Both the position numbers and the translations under genes were made by a program. Below, one piece after another: positions 16,782 to 26,931 of a stretch of DNA of 64,000 nucleotides (the stretch's first letter is position 1; each line of letters begins with the position of its first letter). Under the pieces are notes generated by a model, which saw only the letters and a program-made list of their open reading frames with translations, did no database searches and was not told where the DNA came from. This DNA is from Escherichia phage ECP2309: sequence record PP464953.1; one strand, 5' to 3'.

Positions 16782-18008
16782 TTAAAAAGGTATGTCATCA
16801 TCAAAGGCGTACTGTGCCGGATTCTGATCCATCGGGTCGTCTTCCGCATCATCTACAGGAGGAGCGTCTACAGTGTTTTGCTGTGGGGCGGCTTCCTGTT
16901 TGGCAGCTTGAGGCTCTTGATGGTCAGTGGCTCCAGCACCGTTCTTGATCCAATCATACAACGGTTCAGCAAGATTAGTCAAGACATCTTTTGCCTCTGC
17001 AGTAATTGCTACTGCAAAATCATCAACTTTCGTTTTCTTGTCAATACGGCGACAAGCGTTCAATACCGCATTACCAACACTGGCACCTACTTCATCTTCA
17101 GTTCGGTTAGTGGCTTGAGCGTACTCTTTCTTAAGCTCGATGGTGACCACGTGCAGTGTTTTAGCCACATCTAAAGGGCTGTCAATCTTAAACCCGCGAT
17201 CCAGGATGATCTGCAATGCATTGATACTGTGCCCTGTCTCTACACCGATGGGGTCGTAAGAGGATTTACGCTTACCACCAGAACCTTGTGTACCGTTCTC
17301 TGCTTTAGGCGGGTAGGCCTTGAAGCCGCTGATAATATTCCCGGTGTCTTTGTCAACAATAGCTGCAACACGACCGCCAACCACCAGGTCTTTAAGCTGC
17401 TCATCAGAGACAACCATAGCACCTTCACCAATCTTGTGATCATTGACAGTAACCACGTTGCCAACAATCTGAGTCACATCACCATAGATGCGTAAAACGT
17501 CCTGATTGGCATTCTGCTGAGGTTTCTGCTTCTGGCCTTGTGATTGTGTGCCTTGTTGCTGTTTTTGTTGCTGTGGAGCTGCTGGAGCCTCTCCTGCCCC
17601 CAACTTAACCATTTTAGCCAGTGAGCCTTTGTAGTAGGTCTTGCCGTTATGCTCGTTTGCCTTCAAAGGGATATTTACGATCCATCCTGGCGTTACGGTT
17701 TCCCACTTGTCGTCAATTTTAACAGAGACGGAGTCTTGATGACCAGGCTTAAGCAGCTTATCACCCATACTGATCCAAACTTCTTCACCACCTTGGAGCA
17801 GGTTATCAGAGGAGTCCAGTTCAGAAATCAGTAAAGAGATGGTGTGGCTGGATTCAATTTTCTTACCTTGCCACACAGTGGTTTTAATACCTGTTGTAGG
17901 ATCAGCACCTTTAATGGGCTTGATGCTGACACGTTTAATCATACCGTGAGCCAGTAAAACAGTTTCACGCGGATTCATCGGGTTGGCAAATTGTTGAATA
18001 ACGCTCAT
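16782..18008 (-). CDS. putative ssDNA-binding protein with SSB-type C-terminal tip
   Basis: ends ...AFDDDIPF, the E. coli SSB C-terminal motif, after a Q/P-rich acidic linker; track ORF trimmed to ATG (M50) with AAGGAG 7 nt upstream, start overlapping the upstream stop (TAATG). Confidence 0.65.
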   Translation of the reverse strand: MSVIQQFANPMNPRETVLLAHGMIKRVSIKPIKGADPTTGIKTTVWQGKKIESSHTISLLISELDSSDNLLQGGEEVWISMGDKLLKPGHQDSVSVKIDDKWETVTPGWIVNIPLKANEHNGKTYYKGSLAKMVKLGAGEAPAAPQQQKQQQGTQSQGQKQKPQQNANQDVLRIYGDVTQIVGNVVTVNDHKIGEGAMVVSDEQLKDLVVGGRVAAIVDKDTGNIISGFKAYPPKAENGTQGSGGKRKSSYDPIGVETGHSINALQIILDRGFKIDSPLDVAKTLHVVTIELKKEYAQATNRTEDEVGASVGNAVLNACRRIDKKTKVDDFAVAITAEAKDVLTNLAEPLYDWIKNGAGATDHQEPQAAKQEAAPQQNTVDAPPVDDAEDDPMDQNPAQYAFDDDIPF

Positions 18009-18373
18009 TATTTGTCTCCTTGTTCTTCGTTGGTGTTTGCTGTGTGTGCAAACCCTGCTTGAATTAATTTGTCCTGCACTTGAGCCAACAGGCCCATTGC
18101 AAAACTTGTCGTCCCAGAAAGGGCCATTAGCATATCTCGTTGCTGAGCTACCCAACCTAAGGCATAATCTAAACGACGATATTTTTCTTCTTCGCGCAGA
18201 GCCTGAAATAACTGTTCAGCCTCTGGTTGTTGTGTGAGCTCCTGAAGTCTTCCCATAAAAGAAGAAAGTACCAGCAGAAGAGACACTTGATCTTTGCTTA
18301 ACCCTAAGAAAAATTCTTGAGGTTGTTCTTGCTCGTTCATCGCAACCGACGCTTGATCGTTCATTTGTTCCAT
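18008..18373 (-). CDS. hypothetical protein
   Basis: track ORF trimmed to M16 with SD GGAG. Confidence 0.5.
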   Translation of the reverse strand: MEQMNDQASVAMNEQEQPQEFFLGLSKDQVSLLLVLSSFMGRLQELTQQPEAEQLFQALREEEKYRRLDYALGWVAQQRDMLMALSGTTSFAMGLLAQVQDKLIQAGFAHTANTNEEQGDK

Positions 18374-18455
18374 TGTGGAATCTCCGATTTTATTTGAACA
18401 ACATAAAGGAGACACCATTTTAGCATCTCCTTCTGTAAATTACAACAGCTATTTA

Positions 18456-18701
18456 TTAGCCAATTACTTCGAAAGTGCCCCAACTCCCGTTCAGCAGGCA
18501 GGTGATCGGATCACCATCATCGTCAATTATTTCAAAGTTTTCAACATCCAGAATATGGTCATCGAACACAATACTTTCGTCACCACCACCAGAAACAACA
18601 GTGTATTCCTTACCTTGAGTCAAGTTTTGACACCCTTTGCCACCAAAACCTACTTCAACACAACGTACTTTCTGTCCTGCGCGAGCAACTACTTCAGCCA
18701 T
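18456..18701 (-). CDS. hypothetical protein
   Basis: track ORF 81 aa, colinear. Confidence 0.5.
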   Translation of the reverse strand: MAEVVARAGQKVRCVEVGFGGKGCQNLTQGKEYTVVSGGGDESIVFDDHILDVENFEIIDDDGDPITCLLNGSWGTFEVIG

Positions 18702-18718
18702 CTTAAGGTCTCCTGATA

Positions 18719-19039
18719 TTAATCGTCAAGTTCAAAATAGATTTTAACAGCTTCATCAAAGATTGGAATCCCGATGTTGTTGATAAGCTGCCAAACTACC
18801 ATATCTTTTCCTGGATCTGGGAGAATGTCAACCTTTCTCCATGCGCTGTATATCCAGTTCGGACCGCCTTCTGCACTAACTGGTAGATTTTCACCAGCTT
18901 CCTGTAGATACTTATACAGCAAAAGGTATTCTGGATACTCTAGAACACTGTCCTCTGTAGTATACAGCAGTTCACGGTATACTTTCAAGAATCCTGTTGG
19001 GTTGATGTTTTCAGTCTTCATTTGCTGCTTCTCCTGCAT
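18719..19039 (-). CDS. hypothetical protein
   Basis: track ORF 106 aa. Confidence 0.55.
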   Translation of the reverse strand: MQEKQQMKTENINPTGFLKVYRELLYTTEDSVLEYPEYLLLYKYLQEAGENLPVSAEGGPNWIYSAWRKVDILPDPGKDMVVWQLINNIGIPIFDEAVKIYFELDD

Positions 19040-19415
19040 TCATCAGATCTGCCATAGCGTCACCAACGAAGAGGACAACCACGTCGTTGACAGCGTCAGC
19101 ATCATCTTTATTGATGTTGCTGAATTTGGGGCACACTGCAATGACCATATAGACCCCGTTGCCCAACTGAACAGTGCGTGTAGTGCACATCAGTGTGGTG
19201 CTTGTGCCTTCTTTAAAGGCAAATCCTTGCAGACGTTCTTCCAGAGAGCCACCTGTGGATTTCAACAAGGCAAGATCTCCCAGTGCGTAGGTAGTGTCCT
19301 CATAGGTCAGTCCAGAGGTCAATGTTGCCTTTCCATCAGAGACTATAATAACTCCATCGGCACCGTCAAGCTCAGAGGCTTCAAAGATATTAATATCCCA
19401 AATGTTTTTCATCAC
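19011..19415 (-). CDS. hypothetical protein
   Basis: track ORF 134 aa; the antisense ORF 18774-19436 is low-complexity. Confidence 0.5.
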   Translation of the reverse strand: MMKNIWDINIFEASELDGADGVIIVSDGKATLTSGLTYEDTTYALGDLALLKSTGGSLEERLQGFAFKEGTSTTLMCTTRTVQLGNGVYMVIAVCPKFSNINKDDADAVNDVVVLFVGDAMADLMNAGEAANED

Positions 19416-19744
19416 GCTTCCTCGTCATCTAAGTAATCATCAAGAGAGGTGAAGATTTCACCGAAGTATTCTAATACCTCCAGCTCTCTGGTGGTGCAAC
19501 AAACATAATCTCCCTGGTCATCCTTGATAGTAGCCTCCTTACCTAGCACATCCACTTCAAATTCATCGTTTAGCAGGACGGCCCCTGTGTAAATTTTGTC
19601 TGCTGTGCAGTCCCGAAAAGCAGAGTCCTTCTCCAGATAGTCTGGCTTAACCTTGGCTTTAATTCGTTGATATTGTTTGGTCATTGCTGTGGTCTCCTTT
19701 CGTTTTGATAGGGCCATTATATTAGACCCCATCTCTATTGTCAA
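19412..19744 (-). CDS. hypothetical protein
   Basis: track ORF 110 aa. Confidence 0.55.
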   Translation of the reverse strand: MTIEMGSNIMALSKRKETTAMTKQYQRIKAKVKPDYLEKDSAFRDCTADKIYTGAVLLNDEFEVDVLGKEATIKDDQGDYVCCTTRELEVLEYFGEIFTSLDDYLDDEEA

Positions 19745-19747
19745 GTA

Positions 19748-20002
19748 TTAATGCTCAGGTTTTACAAAAACTACTTCGTTAACAGTGCACCAGACAGAAT
19801 CCCCTTCATCATCTTTAAAGGTAAGACACTGGGCCGAGTTTTCCAACTCATCAAGTTCTTCTTGTGATAAACAGGTTCCTTCTTCCAGAAGGGCTTTTAC
19901 CAAAGGGTTCTCACAAAACTCTGCTTCATAAATTGCACCGAGTGTGCAATCTTTAAAAGCTCGGTCATTTGCAACGCATTCTGGCTTCAAAGTGATTTGC
20001 AT
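19748..20002 (-). CDS. hypothetical protein
   Basis: track ORF 84 aa. Confidence 0.55.
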   Translation of the reverse strand: MQITLKPECVANDRAFKDCTLGAIYEAEFCENPLVKALLEEGTCLSQEELDELENSAQCLTFKDDEGDSVWCTVNEVVFVKPEH

Positions 20003-20078
20003 CTTAGCAGTCTCCTCAATTATTTAAAAATCAAATCTCTGTTTGTGTGAAGTATCTTATATCCAATCTTACTTCTTG

Positions 20079-20450
20079 TCAATGGCTATTTTCAATCATC
20101 CACACAGGGTCGAGGTAAATTTGTTGGCGTTTTGCCCAATGACAAACTTCATTGTACATCTGAATCTCTTTGTCTGTCAATTCACGAATAGGCTCATCTA
20201 TACCCTCATTTTTGTGGTAATCCCAGTCGGCATCGATTTCCCACAACCATGACTTACGATCTTCACGCTTACGCACACAGAAGTCCCCAGGACGGCCTGC
20301 CAGTGCATTTAAGAACTCGTTCTCCGCTCGCTCCTGAAGAATACTAAGGAGCAAAACGTTGGAGCATGACCGTAAAATATGCTTCAGCTCACAATCATCA
20401 ATCTCAACTTCAATACGTTGCTTGACTGTGTGGGTACCTTTTACTAACAT
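20079..20450 (-). CDS. hypothetical protein
   Basis: track ORF trimmed to M10 with SD GAGGAGG. Confidence 0.55.
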   Translation of the reverse strand: MLVKGTHTVKQRIEVEIDDCELKHILRSCSNVLLLSILQERAENEFLNALAGRPGDFCVRKREDRKSWLWEIDADWDYHKNEGIDEPIRELTDKEIQMYNEVCHWAKRQQIYLDPVWMIENSH

Positions 20451-20460
20451 TCTACCTCCT

Positions 20461-20655
20461 CTATACAAACTCTGCAAGGGTTGTGTTGTTCACCGCACCG
20501 CAGTAGATGGAATATCCCAACCCATTAGGGTGCAGAAACCACGGCACACCTTGGTCATCCTTCACGTATACATCTCCATTTTTCGTGAAGGGCCAATACT
20601 CTTCCCCAAGGGTAAAATACCTACTCATACCTTCAGCCAGATACTTTACTTTCAT
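20461..20655 (-). CDS. hypothetical protein
   Basis: track ORF 64 aa. Confidence 0.5.
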   Translation of the reverse strand: MKVKYLAEGMSRYFTLGEEYWPFTKNGDVYVKDDQGVPWFLHPNGLGYSIYCGAVNNTTLAEFV

Positions 20656-20879
20656 AGATCCTCTTCAACAGCTACAAACTTGGCAAGTAGGGTGGTTCCA
20701 TAGATATGATACTCACCGTTTGCCAGATGGGAGATATACCAGGAGATACCGTCCTCGTCTTCGATCATATTGTTTCTGCGATCCTTATCGTAATAAACCT
20801 TGTAGACCTTACCTTCTTCAAAGAATGATAAATCTGTCATCTTCTCTTCTACAAACGTCGCTTTAACCAAAGTTGTCAT
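20652..20879 (-). CDS. hypothetical protein
   Basis: track ORF 75 aa. Confidence 0.5.
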   Translation of the reverse strand: MTTLVKATFVEEKMTDLSFFEEGKVYKVYYDKDRRNNMIEDEDGISWYISHLANGEYHIYGTTLLAKFVAVEEDL

Positions 20880-21160
20880 TGATCTGCCTCCTTCTTGTTA
20901 AGCCGGAACACTGCAATAATAGCATTTCCAAGATGCAGTGTCAAATCATTTCCCAGATACCACAGCATTCCACGGTCATCTTTAATGAAAGGGTAACAGT
21001 CTGGTGCCTTCCAGACATTATACACTTTGCCGACCTGAAAGAAATCAGGCCCTGTTGGAATTTTAGTACCGGGCCACACTTGAGACACCTGAACGCACTC
21101 TACCTGCATAATAACAGGAATAGTCATGGAGGTAAATGTTTTTGTCGGTTCTACTACCAT
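20876..21160 (-). CDS. hypothetical protein
   Basis: track ORF 94 aa. Confidence 0.5.
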   Translation of the reverse strand: MVVEPTKTFTSMTIPVIMQVECVQVSQVWPGTKIPTGPDFFQVGKVYNVWKAPDCYPFIKDDRGMLWYLGNDLTLHLGNAIIAVFRLNKKEADQ

Positions 21161-21211
21161 AAAAGTCTCCTCTCTTTGTCTAGCAACACTTCCGTGTGTT
21201 GATAGTTTACA

Positions 21212-23989
21212 TTAGTGACAATCGCCCCAGTTACGACCGCACAAGTATTCACCTGTGATCTGGAACGGAACGCCCATCATTTTAGAAGCCTGCCAGAAGC
21301 AATGCACCACCATTTCGCCCACAGGGCTCCAGATAAGTTCAAGCTTTCCGTCATCGTTCAAGATAGGATCGTATACCGTATTTCCGTCCTTGTCAACCAT
21401 TTCGTTTCCATCCTCATCTTTGCGTGCCTTTTTGTACTTATGACCGTCGAACACATGAAGTTTAGCCTCCTGCTTGGCCTTAAATGTTTCCAGCTCTTCA
21501 ATTGTGTCGAAGGTGTATACGGTTTTATACTTAGGTGTGTCAGGCACTTGAAGCTGATATTCGTCATGGTAATAAATAATACGACGAACACCTTCATCAT
21601 ACCATCCACGCTTCACCATTTGGTGGTGCATGAGGATTCCGACCAAGTCGCACAACGATGCACCGCCATTTTGCTGATATGCATTAAGCAAAGAGTGTTT
21701 AGAGCGGGTCCAAATGGCATGCCCGTCAAAAGAGTAGATAAATTTCTTACCTGTTGCTTCCCAGAATTTCTCCAGATCCTCTTTACGCCCCTTAAGGCCT
21801 GGGTTGGCATCCCAGAGAGCATCAATTACTCTCTGTCCAAGTTCTGGAGAGATATCTAGCATATCTGCAACTTTATCTTTTTGTGCCCCGTACATAACCC
21901 CATATGTGACAGGCTTACCATCGTTACGAGACACCTCTCTACCTGCTACTTTTGTATATGCCTCAGCATTGTTTTGGTGCGCGTCCCCGTTACTTACAAC
22001 ATCATAATACAGACCGTTGTCAAACTCAAAGGCACCCCAGGCCCCGATGAGCTGCTCTAAGTTGGACCCGTCAATACCGATCTCAAAGTATCCCGGAGGA
22101 ACACCCCACAGACTACGCATCTCTTTACCCATAACCACTTTAGGAGATGGTTTAGGCATGTTTGCACAAATACTATGTTTCTGTCTGGAAGTGTTTGTTA
22201 ATCCAGAACTTTTAGCAGGAAGCTTGTGGTCAATCTTCAAACGTGGATGATTAAGAAGACCAGTATCAACCTTATCTTCCTTGATTGGATCAAGGACCGA
22301 TCTGCGGTTTCGCAATGATAACCACAAAACGATATCTTTAGCCATCTCTCCGTTCAATTTTTCAAGATTCGGGCACAGGTGTCCAAACGTATCTTTCAGT
22401 TGCGGAGAAGTAATAAGCGCTCTGGCTTTTCTACGTATCTTCCCAAACACTTCCTTTTTAATCCTTTCTGAGTTAGGGAAGCTTCGGAACTTATGCACAG
22501 TTGTCTGGAACTTGGCATCAGTTTTGTTCCAGAAGTTGATAATTAGATCACAATACTCTGACTCTAAAAGCTCGTCCATATATGCATATACTCGTGCATC
22601 AACATCTGCATCAGGTAAAGCTTTCTTCTTACTATCCTTAGTTACATCCTTAGTTCTCCACATTGTTGGGAGCCAACCAGCACTGATCAGGTATCGCTTG
22701 ATGTCGTCCTGATTGCTGATTTTCATAGGTATCTTGCAGTCAGGCATTCGCTTCTGCTGTAGGTCACTTATCGCCTGATCCATCAGCTCTTTAGGTAAAG
22801 GGTGTGGTGTAGAAGTTCCTTTGATATACCCCCTCAAGAAATCAGCCATCTTATCGGGGTCTTTACAGCCCATCTCTTCACACCATTTTATCCCCATCTT
22901 ACTTACATCCCCTGTGGAGGTAAATGCTCGCTTAGGAGGGGCTTTAAATTCTAAAGCACTCATGTCTACAGGATAGCCAAGCTTGTCTTTTAACCATTTC
23001 CAACCATTATTGGAGATTGTCCCATCTTGGTTAAACGGCTTTTCAGGGAACTTAGGCCGTTGAGACATTGATAGCTCTTTTAAAGGAAGTTGTGGTTCAA
23101 CACGATCAGCGATCTCTTTCATCCACGCATCGCAGCGGTCACGTAAAGCAATAGCCCCATCTATGTCGAAATACACCCCCTGTCGAGCCTGCAGCTCCAT
23201 CAGGAAGTGCTGTAACATGCCTCGGCGTAATGCGTTCTTCCAGGTGATCTTCTTGAAGCCTTTCGGCTTCTCTTTGGCAGGATCGTACATAAAGTTCTGC
23301 ATGTCAGATTTGCCGTAGAATACACCTTTTGATTCAGCTACCAACTCCTTCCAGAGCAACTCCTGAATGATAACGTCCTCGAACACACGATCCACATACT
23401 TCCACAGCGGAAGCTCACGCCAGTCATCGATTTGAACTTTCTGGTTACCAAGGGCATAGCCCCATGCCATAAGGCCATGAGGCCCAACAGGCTGCATTTT
23501 CTTGGTAACTGGATTGAATACTGCGTCCGGACAACCTTTTGGCAAAGGGCGGTCAGGCCACAAGATTCGACTCATCGCTAACGTATCAAACAGATTAACC
23601 TGGTGGTCGTTGATAGTTCCCATGCATTTAGGATCACGGAACATATCAAAATGAATACCGGATAATCTTTCCATCAGCATAAAGTCGTAACTGTAGCAGT
23701 TATGGCAGTTCAAAGCCGTAGGTGACCAGTCTGAATTGCCTGTAAGCCAGCCTTCCAACTCTGAAAAATCTGCTATGCGAGCCTCAAAATCTGTATAAAG
23801 GGTCTTCTTTGCCAGAATGAAGTTCTTAGCTTTCTCCACATCCTCTTCAGAGTAGTGTGTGCGGTCATTTAGGGGAAGGAACAGCATAAAACGGTTCTTA
23901 TTCAGCTCTTTAAACAAACCGCAGTGATAATAAAGATCTGGGTCTTCCAGCAAGCCAGAGGCCTCAAAATCGAACGACCACATGCTCAT
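21212..23989 (-). CDS. DNA polymerase, family A (Pol I-like) with 3'-5' exonuclease
   Basis: 925 aa; N-terminal FDFEASGL (Exo I-like DxE); motif B-like RNDGKPVTYGVMYGAQ; motif C-like YYHDEYQ. Confidence 0.85.
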   Translation of the reverse strand: MSMWSFDFEASGLLEDPDLYYHCGLFKELNKNRFMLFLPLNDRTHYSEEDVEKAKNFILAKKTLYTDFEARIADFSELEGWLTGNSDWSPTALNCHNCYSYDFMLMERLSGIHFDMFRDPKCMGTINDHQVNLFDTLAMSRILWPDRPLPKGCPDAVFNPVTKKMQPVGPHGLMAWGYALGNQKVQIDDWRELPLWKYVDRVFEDVIIQELLWKELVAESKGVFYGKSDMQNFMYDPAKEKPKGFKKITWKNALRRGMLQHFLMELQARQGVYFDIDGAIALRDRCDAWMKEIADRVEPQLPLKELSMSQRPKFPEKPFNQDGTISNNGWKWLKDKLGYPVDMSALEFKAPPKRAFTSTGDVSKMGIKWCEEMGCKDPDKMADFLRGYIKGTSTPHPLPKELMDQAISDLQQKRMPDCKIPMKISNQDDIKRYLISAGWLPTMWRTKDVTKDSKKKALPDADVDARVYAYMDELLESEYCDLIINFWNKTDAKFQTTVHKFRSFPNSERIKKEVFGKIRRKARALITSPQLKDTFGHLCPNLEKLNGEMAKDIVLWLSLRNRRSVLDPIKEDKVDTGLLNHPRLKIDHKLPAKSSGLTNTSRQKHSICANMPKPSPKVVMGKEMRSLWGVPPGYFEIGIDGSNLEQLIGAWGAFEFDNGLYYDVVSNGDAHQNNAEAYTKVAGREVSRNDGKPVTYGVMYGAQKDKVADMLDISPELGQRVIDALWDANPGLKGRKEDLEKFWEATGKKFIYSFDGHAIWTRSKHSLLNAYQQNGGASLCDLVGILMHHQMVKRGWYDEGVRRIIYYHDEYQLQVPDTPKYKTVYTFDTIEELETFKAKQEAKLHVFDGHKYKKARKDEDGNEMVDKDGNTVYDPILNDDGKLELIWSPVGEMVVHCFWQASKMMGVPFQITGEYLCGRNWGDCH

Positions 23990-24047
23990 ATACAGTTCTC
24001 CTTAAAGGGGAGGCGGTTGTACTACCCCTCCCACTCTTGGTTAAACA

Positions 24048-26126
24048 TTAAAAAGGTGTTTCGTCGTCTTCAAAACCAGGAACGTGGTTAGAGGACGGAT
24101 CATCATACTGAAGATCTTCCTGTGTGTCAACAGGGTTAACAGCAGGAGTTATAACCTTATCAGCCACAACCTTGCCCACAGGTGTTTCTACAACTGCATG
24201 CTCCTGATCCTCAAACATAGCTTGAGGTCTCCAAACAACCTCTCCACCTTCCCCGTCTGTAAACATCTGCATCTCTTTATCCCAATACCAATTGCTGGCA
24301 TCGTGGAACTTGCCTGTGTGGGGATCCATAACTAGGGTGTCCGCAATACCTAAGGTTTTTGCTGGGCGGTTTTTAAGACCTACCAGCCGGACACGTCCAC
24401 GGGAACGATCCACCATCTCCTCTGCCTCTACCCCGACAACCACCCAGCTAAGTTGCTCCAATCCGGCACTACCGCGAAGGTTCTCTTTTCGCACAGGGTA
24501 CCAGAAAGGTAACGGATTTCCATCCTTATCCTTCGGAGGTACAATCTCTGTGCGCTTCAGGTGAGCAATCACCAAGATAAACACATTAAACTGCTTACAG
24601 AACGCGGCTAGTTGAGTCATAGCCATGTCAAGCTCTTTACGCTCATCCTTAACATTAAGCCCTGAAATCACCATAGACAAGTGATCCAGCACAATGTAAC
24701 GGCAGTGATACAGGCACACCATTTGTTTAAGCTTAGTGATCAGCTCATCTACAGGGATGGAGCCGAAATGCTTGAACACTTTGATTTTTCCGGCCTTGGC
24801 CCAAGATTGATGAATCTCAGCGTGCTCCTGATCGGTCAGGAACTGACTGGGGTCTTCAACAAACTCTTTAACATCAAACCCCAGCTGGTTAGCGTACAGA
24901 GAGTTGATTGCTTCCTCAGGATCCTCTTCAAGGTGAATCAGGCACAGGCGATCATCCTCTTCATAATCATCAGCTTTAGGGCATGTTGGGTCCATCAAGT
25001 ATCTTGCAATGCAATGTTCCAGCTTCTTGGCTACAGTTGTTTTACCACCGCCAGACGGGCCTGTCAGCATCATCAAGGTGCCTTTGTGGAGTCCTTTCAG
25101 CATCTTCTGCAGTTTAGGGAACTCTGCACTAATATCCACGCCATTGGAAGTCTTCTTACGAAGAGATTCAATGGAGAAGTCTTCTAAATCAGATACAGCA
25201 TCAGGCACATATTTGACTGGGTGACGGAACATGTTGACAATATCTTCCAGCTTTTTAGCCTTCAGCATGTCACGAATATCTTTTACACCATCAGGGTCGT
25301 TTACCTCACCTGGGTATTCCACGTGGTAAACGTTGTCAGCCATCAAAAATGCTGCGATATTATGCGTAGCTTCAACACCTTTGATAACGTGTTTTTGCTT
25401 CTCTACCTCGTTAGCTGCATCGTTGTCCATTGCAAGGACTACTGTTCCGTAGCTACGGATAAATTTCTCATTGTTCGCAAAAGTGTCTACGGCGTTTGCA
25501 CACCCGCAGTTAATTCCGACAAAAGGCAGGCATGGTTTTCCTGCCAGATCACCGCCGTTGATAACTGCATCAATCCCATCCTGGACTTCTTTAGCCCACT
25601 GCTTCACCTTCGCTGGGGCTTTAGCATTGGTGAGAATACCTTTTACTTGTACCTGATATGCAGCCTGCCACGCTGCAATAACATCTCCTTCCCCCTCACA
25701 AACGTTAATCTGCTTGCGGTTGTTGGAGGATGCACACAGCTTTTGACCAAACATCTGGGAGTTGGCCTTTACTATGCCGACAACCGAGAAATGGCCCCTT
25801 TGCTCTTTAGGGATTGTCCAGTCACGCTTTTTAAAGCCAGATAGATTACCGTAGCGGTCATAATACGGAAAGTAGGTGGCAGTAACAGTTACGCCATCCT
25901 CTTGGGATAGCGATGATCGTACACCAAAATATTGTGCAGCCATCAGTCCAATATTTTGTTGTGGAACAGGGACAATTTTAGTATTTTCTAAAACAGTCTC
26001 TACAGTTTCAACTTCTTTTTCATCACGATAGTCTCGTTTCACACTTCCCCCACTTTTATACTTAGTTGCTTTCGGGTTTGGCTCACCGAAACGGTTGTAT
26101 GCAGATGCCATGAATTTACTGCCCAT
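24048..26126 (-). CDS. DNA primase (TOPRIM) fused to DnaB-like replicative helicase
   Basis: 692 aa; TOPRIM-like CEGEGD and MDNDAANE; Walker A GPSGGGKTT; Walker B-like VLDHL. Confidence 0.8.
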   Translation of the reverse strand: MGSKFMASAYNRFGEPNPKATKYKSGGSVKRDYRDEKEVETVETVLENTKIVPVPQQNIGLMAAQYFGVRSSLSQEDGVTVTATYFPYYDRYGNLSGFKKRDWTIPKEQRGHFSVVGIVKANSQMFGQKLCASSNNRKQINVCEGEGDVIAAWQAAYQVQVKGILTNAKAPAKVKQWAKEVQDGIDAVINGGDLAGKPCLPFVGINCGCANAVDTFANNEKFIRSYGTVVLAMDNDAANEVEKQKHVIKGVEATHNIAAFLMADNVYHVEYPGEVNDPDGVKDIRDMLKAKKLEDIVNMFRHPVKYVPDAVSDLEDFSIESLRKKTSNGVDISAEFPKLQKMLKGLHKGTLMMLTGPSGGGKTTVAKKLEHCIARYLMDPTCPKADDYEEDDRLCLIHLEEDPEEAINSLYANQLGFDVKEFVEDPSQFLTDQEHAEIHQSWAKAGKIKVFKHFGSIPVDELITKLKQMVCLYHCRYIVLDHLSMVISGLNVKDERKELDMAMTQLAAFCKQFNVFILVIAHLKRTEIVPPKDKDGNPLPFWYPVRKENLRGSAGLEQLSWVVVGVEAEEMVDRSRGRVRLVGLKNRPAKTLGIADTLVMDPHTGKFHDASNWYWDKEMQMFTDGEGGEVVWRPQAMFEDQEHAVVETPVGKVVADKVITPAVNPVDTQEDLQYDDPSSNHVPGFEDDETPF

Positions 26127-26880
26127 TAATTCTTCTCCTTACTGCAGGCTCGTTTGCTAAGAATACAGCTCTTGCCCAGCCACGTGGTGTAAGGCTTCGA
26201 ATCATCTTCGTCCTTGCACTCTTTCCACCTAGCTTAGCGTGTTGCATGGAATAACCACTAACCACATCAACTATTTGCGGGACAGGTTTTGTGGCGGGGA
26301 TTATAAATCCATTGCCTATCCAACCGCAAGTTATTTTTGGGTAGGCATCACGTGGAGCTATAAATTCAGGAAACCATGGGTTTACATCATCCTCTGGTAG
26401 ATACCCACCATAATCCGAAGGATGAAAACGGTAATCAGGTTTTCGCCACAGTGTTGACATAACTCCTACAGGGTTCTCTACATGCCACGGGCAATCGTAA
26501 ATCTCTCCCAACTCTTCTGCAACCCGAGCATCTTTCACAGCATCAATTTGGATCAGAGGATCCTTAGCCAGCTTTTTCTTAAAGTGTGCAGCTCCGGATA
26601 CTGCTAAATGCGTGCACGGAGGAAATGCAAGAATAAAGTCTGGAGCTGGGTACATGCAAAAAGTTTCTTGAGGGAACCACGGGTCAATCCAATAATCCAC
26701 GTAGTGAATGTTGGAATGATCGGTTATCACCTCTGCATAACTGCCATGGTCAGCACCTTCTGCGTTAAAGCACAGGCACAGATATCCAGCTTTTGCCCAG
26801 TCAATAACTGCACCACCAGACCCGTCAAATAGACTCCACACAACACCTTTGTGGTAGTGTTCTTTGTAGATAAATTTCAA
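26116..26880 (-). CDS. DNA (cytosine-5)-methyltransferase-like protein
   Basis: motif I-like FDGSGG, motif IV-like FPPC (catalytic Cys), motif VI-like ENPVG; track start GTG at 26910 lies inside the terminator hairpin, so I prefer TTG at 26880 after SD AGGAGG. Confidence 0.55.
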   Translation of the reverse strand: MKFIYKEHYHKGVVWSLFDGSGGAVIDWAKAGYLCLCFNAEGADHGSYAEVITDHSNIHYVDYWIDPWFPQETFCMYPAPDFILAFPPCTHLAVSGAAHFKKKLAKDPLIQIDAVKDARVAEELGEIYDCPWHVENPVGVMSTLWRKPDYRFHPSDYGGYLPEDDVNPWFPEFIAPRDAYPKITCGWIGNGFIIPATKPVPQIVDVVSGYSMQHAKLGGKSARTKMIRSLTPRGWARAVFLANEPAVRRRINGQ

Positions 26881-26892
26881 TTTGCTGCCTCC

Positions 26893-26926
26893 TAATGCAA
26901 AAAGCCCCACCCTTTCGGGCAGGGCC
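26893..26926 (-). terminator. terminator-like hairpin
   Basis: GCCCCACCC-TTTC-GGGCAGGGC, T-run on minus strand, then SD AGGAGG. Confidence 0.45.
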
Positions 26927-26931
26927 TAGTG

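Noticed and set aside
18774-19436. Long plus-strand track ORFs antisense to minus-strand genes (also 25221-25844, 49183-50394, 21215-21859, 11457-11783)
   Set aside because: Low-complexity, Cys/Ser-rich translations with no SD, lying opposite well-supported genes; typical antisense artefacts
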